Shown here: piece by piece, positions 57,844 to 64,000 of the stretch
Position numbering within the stretch: position 1 is the first letter of the stretch
How the letters are laid out: every line of letters starts with the position of its first letter
Assembly: GCA_002269645.1 (NCBI GenBank)
Contig: NIVC01000175.1
Span: 186,001-250,000, forward strand
Direction: 5' to 3'
From: Macrostomum lignano
Lineage: Eukaryota
Length of the DNA stretch: 64,000 nucleotides
Made by a program: the position numbers and the translations under genes
Notes under the pieces: generated by a model
Told to the model about the DNA's origin: nothing
Database searches by the model: none
Seen by the model: the letters and a program-made list of their open reading frames with translations, nothing else

Positions 57844-58293
57844 ATGAATAGTCTAGATATATTAGAACGTCTAATACTACCTGTCCCTGTTCGAGTAACA
57901 CCAGTTGACAGGATTCCGCAGCCTGTTTATCCTGCTGCATACGTGATTAACTTTGACACTGGCAATCTACCAGGCACTCACTGGGCTTTAATTTGTCTTC
58001 ATGCCGATGAGAGCGTGACATTTTTTGACCCCTTGTGTATCGATCCTGTGCCAGATTTATTAAAGTTGTGGATCGCAAAGTATGTCCCTGTGGAGGTGGC
58101 CATGAACCGGCATCCTGTACAGCATCCGCTGAGTGTGACCTGCGGGGCTCATGTAATATTTGTGGCTGAAAAACACTTTCTGGAGGGTCTGTCAATTGAA
58201 AAAATATTGCGCGACTGTTATAGCACAAATCTTTACGAGAACGACTTGATGGTGCAGAATCACTGTCTACAAATAAAGCAGCATCATCCATAA
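57844..58293 (+). CDS. Adenain-like cysteine maturation protease (149 aa)
   Basis: YVINFD..NLPGTHW (His), FFDP (Asp), VQHPLSVTCG (Gln/Cys) catalytic motifs; intact. Confidence 0.92.
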   Translation: MNSLDILERLILPVPVRVTPVDRIPQPVYPAAYVINFDTGNLPGTHWALICLHADESVTFFDPLCIDPVPDLLKLWIAKYVPVEVAMNRHPVQHPLSVTCGAHVIFVAEKHFLEGLSIEKILRDCYSTNLYENDLMVQNHCLQIKQHHP

Positions 58294-58295
58294 AT

Positions 58296-58946
58296 ATGAT
58301 TGGGCTGCCTATCAAAATGTATCAAACAATAGACCCCGACTCTTTAAAATTTGCCCCCAAAACGTCTGCAATTTTTGCTGGGGTGGCTCAAAGCGGCAAG
58401 ACCACACTTGTGAAAAACCTATTGAGACAAGAATTTTTTCAAGATCCGAAGCCGATTCGCGTAGACTGGTTTGGCCACTATCCGGATCCTGAACTGTTTG
58501 AATTGCCGTACCCTGTAAATTTTCGTTCGTGTACATTTGATCCTGAACAATATGTCCCTGAACCAAATATTCTGCTTGTCGTCGACGACCAAATGCATGC
58601 CATGGAAAAGAGTGGCGCTTTTACAACTTTTTTCACGCGCAAAGTCTCCCACGTGGGGTTCCGACTTTGGTATCTTGTGCAAAACCTGTTTGCAAAGGGT
58701 AAGGAGCACCGAACTCAGTCGCTCAATTCGAACTACCTTGTTTTATTCCGCAATGTACGGGATGCCAGCACAGTGTCTCATATTGCAAGGCAGCTGGTCC
58801 CCACTAATCCAAAAAGTTTTGTCAAAACGTATGAGGATGCTACTCGCGACCCCTACTCATACTTGATTGTAAACTGTTTGCAAAATGCTCCTGCTCGCTA
58901 TTATTCAAACGTTTTGGGTCGTCACCCAATTGTGTATGCTAAATAA
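58296..58946 (+). CDS. A32/FtsK-HerA-family genome packaging ATPase (216 aa)
   Basis: Walker A GVAQSGKT, Walker B LLVVDD, SH..F.LWYLVQN and R..SLNSNYLVLFRN..D motifs; intact. Confidence 0.93.
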   Translation: MIGLPIKMYQTIDPDSLKFAPKTSAIFAGVAQSGKTTLVKNLLRQEFFQDPKPIRVDWFGHYPDPELFELPYPVNFRSCTFDPEQYVPEPNILLVVDDQMHAMEKSGAFTTFFTRKVSHVGFRLWYLVQNLFAKGKEHRTQSLNSNYLVLFRNVRDASTVSHIARQLVPTNPKSFVKTYEDATRDPYSYLIVNCLQNAPARYYSNVLGRHPIVYAK

Positions 58947-58962
58947 ATATATACGTATCAAA

Positions 58963-59769
58963 GCTCGGCCGGCTTTTTGTGTAAATATATACGCCTTTTG
59001 AAAACTTATTTGGGAGAGTGGGTTGGGGGATGACGTAATTGTCTCGGAGTGTCGACGAGGGCTGAATTCTAGAGAGTGAAGTATGGAAGGGGTTGATATA
59101 ACAGTGTGGATAGCGGCGATTTACAGCGGCTGACTCATCATGCCTCCGCGCGGGGCCGCCAATTAATTGTGGGGGTCAAAGAATATTTTCTTGGATGGGT
59201 GGGCGCTACAATTCTGTGCGTACACGAAGTTTGGTATATAAACAGCTATGGGGTGGGCGGGCGCTACAATTCTGCGCGTACACCAATTTTGGGTGTATAT
59301 ATGGACAGTAAATATGGACAAGTAATAATATGGACAGTTATGGGGTGGGCGGACGCTACAATTCTGTGCGTACACCAATTTTGGGATGGACAGTAAATAT
59401 GGACAAGTAATAATATGGACAGTTATGGGGTGGGTGGGCGCTCTAATTCTGCCAATTTTTGGTATATGGACAGTTAATATAGACAGTTAATTCTGCGTAC
59501 ACCAATGCTGCATTGTGTGGGGATGGGGGCGCGCGCGTTTCTACGTACAACAACGGTGAAGCGCTAATTATGCGTACTATATTGTACTCGTCGCTGCTGT
59601 ACGATACACTGATTACATGTATAGATTTTACATGAGAGTATAAATGTCTCACATAATGACTCTGGACCAATTAGAATCGGTCTAATGTATTTAGATAGGC
59701 GTTGAATTTGCATTGGCTCTGACACCCACCTCACCTCCAAAACCCTGCAGAATCTGCACATTACGTAGT
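58963..59769 (-). repeat. Right terminal inverted repeat (807 bp)
   Basis: Ends CATTACGTAGT, followed by the TSD ATCTGA. Confidence 0.97.
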
Positions 59770-60606
59770 ATCTGATCATCTGCCTGTAATGCGGGAGAAT
59801 GCTGCACATGGCATTTGCGGTGCCGCTTCTGGTTTGCCTGCCATCTGGCGGTCGTAGTTTATCTAGAATTCATCGGCTGATGTTTCAGCGGCTGCCATCG
59901 GACAGATAGATCGTGTTGCTCTCGCGACGCTGCGACTGTCTGCACTTCGGAGACACCATCCACTGCTCAGCTTTTTGCGCCTCGGCCGGCCGACGCGCAC
60001 ACGGCACTCGACAGTCAGCACTGCGTCCTTCCGCAGCTGCCTCCGCTTGCACATCCGGCGGTGGCTTCTGGCCTGCTGCTTTTGCTCCGTGACGCTGCGC
60101 CACAGGTCCGTCGCTGAATCAGTACTTGTTGGTTGAAAACGACCCTAGAAGCAGGCGGAGCCCTAATTCGTCCCAGCATCAGTTCAGTCGGCGACTTCTT
60201 AGTCAGCGCTCGATTGGATGACCAATACGTCAGCAGCAGCTCCTGGAGCACGTACGGGACCTGCTGCACCGGCGCCAGCATGCAGAGTGGTCTTGATTAA
60301 GCCGTTGTACCTCTCGACTCTGCAATTCTGTTGTGGGCACTAGAACGGAGTGAGATGGTGCCTGATGATGGCGACCGAGCGGAGGAAGTCCGTGAACTCA
60401 CTCAATGCAAATTAATGCCATGGTAATTTTGTCTAAAGTCCCAGCGGATTAACAGGCTGCAACACAGTCACACAGGCAGTCACTGATGAAGATTCTCTAT
60501 ACGTGAGTGGTCCTTGGCTATGATCTTCAGGCCACTTGAAGTAGAGAACGTGGACTGCGATGAAAAATCGTTGAGACTGCACCAAGCTTGGCCGCCGGCA
60601 GCTTGT

Positions 60607-61467
60607 AGAGAGTTATTAAACCATACCGTAATGCTCTACTTAAAGTAATATTCTAGGAAACTCAATTTATTCTAGAATGAGTCATATCTATTTTTAGGAA
60701 TCACGTGCAAATAGAATGATTTAGAACCCTACATTGTTTGATCAAGGAACCGGATTCCAACAGCTGTATTTGCTTAACCCCATATATGGTAATGATCAAA
60801 CATGCATGACAGCTTATTCAAACATTTTTTACCTAAGTAAATACCCAATCCCAAACCGGTTTTTCTCCAAAATTTTGCTATAAATATAAGTGAAAATTCG
60901 AGTAAAAAATTCAGACTCGGAGCGGTCTCAAGGAAGACTTTGGAAGACAAAGAAGACTCATCTCTGAGAGAAGAAATCCGGATAGATTGGTAAGCGTTTA
61001 CCCGATTGAGTTATTTGTTACTAGCGCTAATAAGTTGGTTAATTGAGTTATAGGAGAGCAGTTCATTGTCGATACATTTGAGAAAGGCCTCCTTGTTTCC
61101 TAGGATATTCCTAGAGGATTTATTGAGTTAATTGAGTTATCCGTTACGTTTCGGACGTAACGAAGAAGACGCCCTTCAGGAGGACCTATCACAGACAGTT
61201 AGAGAATTCAATTGTTCATAAGGGCGCACGAGCACGTTCTATTGTGAATTCCGAGCTCGAGGACCGTCAAGAATTCTGATTCGCTCTCGTTCTGGTCGAC
61301 CCACAGATAAAGTTAAGGACCACCAAGTAACAACAGTTGTTCACCGGAACCGGCCGCCGTAACCGCTCAGCAAGCTTGCTATCCCGACGCGTCATAGGAC
61401 TCCACCGGCTGCCGACCCCAAGAGGATCCGCTGCAGTAAGTTATTTGAACTGGTAAATACCTAGGCA
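60607..61467. mobile_element. ~860-bp insertion in the Gypsy integrase remnant, possibly a solo LTR
   Basis: The Gypsy frame resumes on both sides; CTTGT flanks both ends (60602-60606 / 61468-61472); internal TATAAATA; canonical TG..CA ends are not cleanly resolved. Confidence 0.4.
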
Positions 61468-62093
61468 CTTGTTCCCCAGTGTCTAGAAATGGAAGTTTTT
61501 GAGTGACTGATCACCACTCTTAAACTCTTCAAGCTCTCCGACGCTGTCAATTTGCAGCTGTCGCCATGGACCCGTACAGTAGCTCTGTCGCTGACCATAG
61601 GACCTTGATCGGCTTGAACACATTTTCGGAAAGGACGCAATCGCTACAGTTCCGCAGGAAGGCCTCCACGCAACGGTAGATTCGCGACGACAAGGCAATG
61701 CGCCTTGACATTTTGCCAATAACGCAATGTCCCTGATGCGTCTCTGCCAGCACAAGGTCGCGGAAGTTAGCTGGGATGATCCTGATCTTCGGCTGGTCAT
61801 CCGTTGATGAGGTACCCGATGACTCGCTGGAGTTGATTGTCGCTCTTCGTTACATTAGCCAGTTGAATGACTGAGATCGGCTGGGCGCTTCTGGGCGCTG
61901 ACCTGGCCAGCACCAGGTTGATGTCGGACTCACTGACTGTACTTTCAATTGCCATCGTAGCCATAGGGAGACAGAAAGTCGAACTGGACGTTGAGCTTGC
62001 TGTGGAGGTACTCGATGCTAGTTAAAGTCGTAAACAAAGAGTCGCTCAATACCAGCACTTGATTTTCGGTGAGCTCCAGACGCAGGCCAGAGC

Positions 62094-62359
62094 GGGTCGC
62101 TTTCATAAGACCGAAATTTCACAACGCCGAAAAGCACTACCCTTCACAAGACCGAAACTTCATAAGACCGAAATTTCACAACGCCGAAAAATCGAAATGC
62201 AGGGCCCTTCACACGACCGAAACTTCATAGGACAGAAAACTCAAAATGCTTATGTACTAAATGGCATTTTATTTTATGCGGCCTTACGAAATTTCAGTCT
62301 TGTGAAGGGCCCTGCATTTTGGGTTTTCGGCGTTGTGAAATTTCGGTCTTATGAAACCC
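62094..62359. mobile_element. MITE (~265 bp) with long imperfect TIRs
   Basis: TTTCATAAGACCGAAATTTCACAACGCCGAAAA...AAATGCAGGGCCCTTCAC is mirrored at the right end; termini GGGTCG...CCC. Confidence 0.75.
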
Positions 62360-63747
62360 CCCCCCCCAGGCAGAGCCTCCCTCTTCGACACAGAGTATCG
62401 GCGCTCGGTGGTCGGAAAATTACAGGCTATGTGGCGAGGGCGACTTAGCTCTCGGTGTCATCGTCGCTGCTAACGCGGATACAACAGTTTCGTGATCTGC
62501 GGTCGAAGAATTTCAGGCACGTCGGTGCTGATGAGATACATGTAAGCCGCTATAATTCACCTCTCTGAAGGTGGCCTCGAATTTCGCGTCGCAGTTCCAT
62601 AGCGCTTCCTTGTGCAAGAGCGCTGTCAGCAACTCGGCGACGTGCAGACAGGTTCTTGATGCAGAACAGAAAGAAATTTGAAAAGCCGCGAGAAATGAAG
62701 CCAAGCTCTGCTATATTTCAGGGTGCTTGAGTTGCGATATAGTGGCGGTCTTGATAGGAAGCCATCAACGCCTTTGATGCCTTCTACGTTTTGGGTAAAA
62801 TTGGTTCAAGAACACATGACCAACCTGAAGCAAATCAGTAAGTCTACTTACCTTCTTTCTAAGTCCTCTCAGCAACAACGGTAAATCAGGAGACATTCGC
62901 TATTCTGCGACACAGGTGCACGGATTTAGCAAGCACTTGAGCAACAAATTCCAGCTTTCAAGACATATTTAGCAACCGCTTCATCCGCTCAACAAGGGAT
63001 ACTTCATCAGCGAGACCATGAATGTGACTAGACACCGATCGGAATCCCAAACGGCGAAGAGCGCTCATTTTGTTGATGGAGGCACCTGCTATAAAAATTC
63101 TGGTCTCTTGTAATGAACTGAAGTAATTCACACTCTCAAAATTTTATATCTTCCAATTAGTTTAAGTCACAGAGGCTTAACTTCACAATAGCCATCCGGC
63201 CTGCTTAAGGTTCTTCTCTCTTCTCAGCTGGCTTTTTCTCTTCTCTATTCTCTTCTCTACTCTTCTATCTCGTCTCATCTCTCATCTTTTTCAGCCTGGT
63301 TCACTTTTCAGGATATTTTACGTGTGCCAGCGCAATGAGAGGGCTGGGAACAGAGAAGTGAGTCGGGGAGGTCTACCACAGAGGGAGTTGTCTCTCTCGC
63401 CACGTTGCCATGGCTACATCAATCAGCCACAGAGCCGTCCTAGTGAGCGGCCTTTGAGCTTAGCTAATAATTGTTATTGTTATCATGCAACCACAGATGA
63501 TGGAGTGAGGTGGAGGAAGAGATAACCAACTGAAGCTTCTCATACTGGATAGGGGTGGAGGAGTTTTGAGCAGCTCCCAAAAAGTATTCAGCAACAGAAG
63601 CAAGCTGTCGTCAGCCAGCAAGACCACAGGCACCTCAAGGTGTACACTAGCCTCGGCCCCCCCCCTATCTATCTATCTACGAACGTATCTATCTATCTAT
63701 CTATCTATGTAACGGGCAATGCCACCATTTCAGTGCTGCTCACAGCA

Positions 63748-64000
63748 ATGGCAGTGGAACTCGATCCCAACAGCTTCACCGCCTCTGAGCAGCCAGTCGA
63801 GCTGATGGACGCCTCCAGCAGCGAGGTCGTCACCCTGAGCCGCATGCGCTCAGCTACCGACTGCATGCTGCAGTGCTCAGAGAGACACTGCGCTGCAGCT
63901 GCTGCTAGCAAGTCCGGCATCTGCGAGCTGCTCTTCATCAATGACGCCTCGAAGCAGCTGGGCCCGCCAATGACTCACGCAGCCAGGCGGTTCGGCAACA
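63748..64000 (+). CDS. Partial ORF or exon with a PAN/apple-like Cys pattern, running off the window end
   Basis: Open frame MAVELDPNSFTASEQP...RSATDCMLQCSERHCAAAAASKSGICELLF; not in the ORF track because no stop is reached. Confidence 0.35.
   Translation, partial: MAVELDPNSFTASEQPVELMDASSSEVVTLSRMRSATDCMLQCSERHCAAAAASKSGICELLFINDASKQLGPPMTHAARRFGN

Larger units (their letters stand above)
49327..59769 (+). mobile_element. Endogenous Polinton/Maverick (adintovirus-like) element, 10,443 bp, lacking pPolB
   Basis: TIRs 49327-50132 and 58963-59769; 6-bp TSD ATCTGA (49321-49326 / 59770-59775); co-oriented rve integrase, minor and major capsid proteins, Cys protease and packaging ATPase. Confidence 0.95.
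59870..62830 (-). mobile_element. Heavily decayed Ty3/Gypsy LTR-retrotransposon pol (RT thumb, RNase H, integrase remnants)
   Basis: Fragments LASFL..LTALLHKEALW..EATFREV (RT thumb), QGHCVIGKM..VEAFLRNCSDC (HHCC region), YFKWPE, and LLTYWS..TKKSPTELMLGR (integrase), with many stops and frameshifts. Confidence 0.7.

Noticed and set aside
53145-58709. Minus-strand ORFs within the element (e.g. 55046-55459, 56437-56886, 57947-58315, 58419-58709)
   Set aside because: They are antisense shadows of well-supported plus-strand genes.
50133-58962. Protein-primed DNA polymerase B, helicase or primase in the element
   Set aside because: No ORF is large enough and no PolB or superfamily-helicase motifs are visible in the six-frame track; the only P-loop protein is the packaging ATPase.
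49327-59769. Virophage or prophage interpretation
   Set aside because: The MCP, penton and lytic-protein patterns, the rve-chromodomain integrase and the 6-bp TSD fit animal Polintons/adintoviruses. There are no phage hallmarks. Phylogeny would be needed for final placement.

Overview
Eukaryotic (metazoan) genomic DNA with GT-AG introns and very many mini- and microsatellites. The repeat style is reminiscent of a flatworm such as Macrostomum, but that is an unverified impression. Four spliced host genes can be reconstructed: folylpolyglutamate synthase (FPGS, +), a melatonin-receptor-like class A GPCR (+, first exon not found), a Dbx homeobox gene (+) and a 7-finger C2H2 zinc-finger gene (-). 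The window also holds two copies of a tRNA-derived SINE with TSDs, LINE fragments, MITE/foldback-like elements and a decayed Ty3/Gypsy pol. The standout is a complete 10,443-bp endogenous Polinton/Maverick (adintovirus-like) element at 49327-59769, with ~806-bp TIRs and a 6-bp TSD (ATCTGA). It carries the integration and virion module (rve integrase, minor and major capsid proteins, adenain-like protease, packaging ATPase, membrane-lytic and core-like proteins) but no protein-primed DNA polymerase. Its left arm instead encodes a divergent TATA-binding-protein-like ORF and a possible ssDNA-binding protein, and a CTATAAATA box recurs upstream of most genes. Both capsid genes are frameshifted in this copy. 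All protein assignments come from by-eye motif recognition, not database searches.
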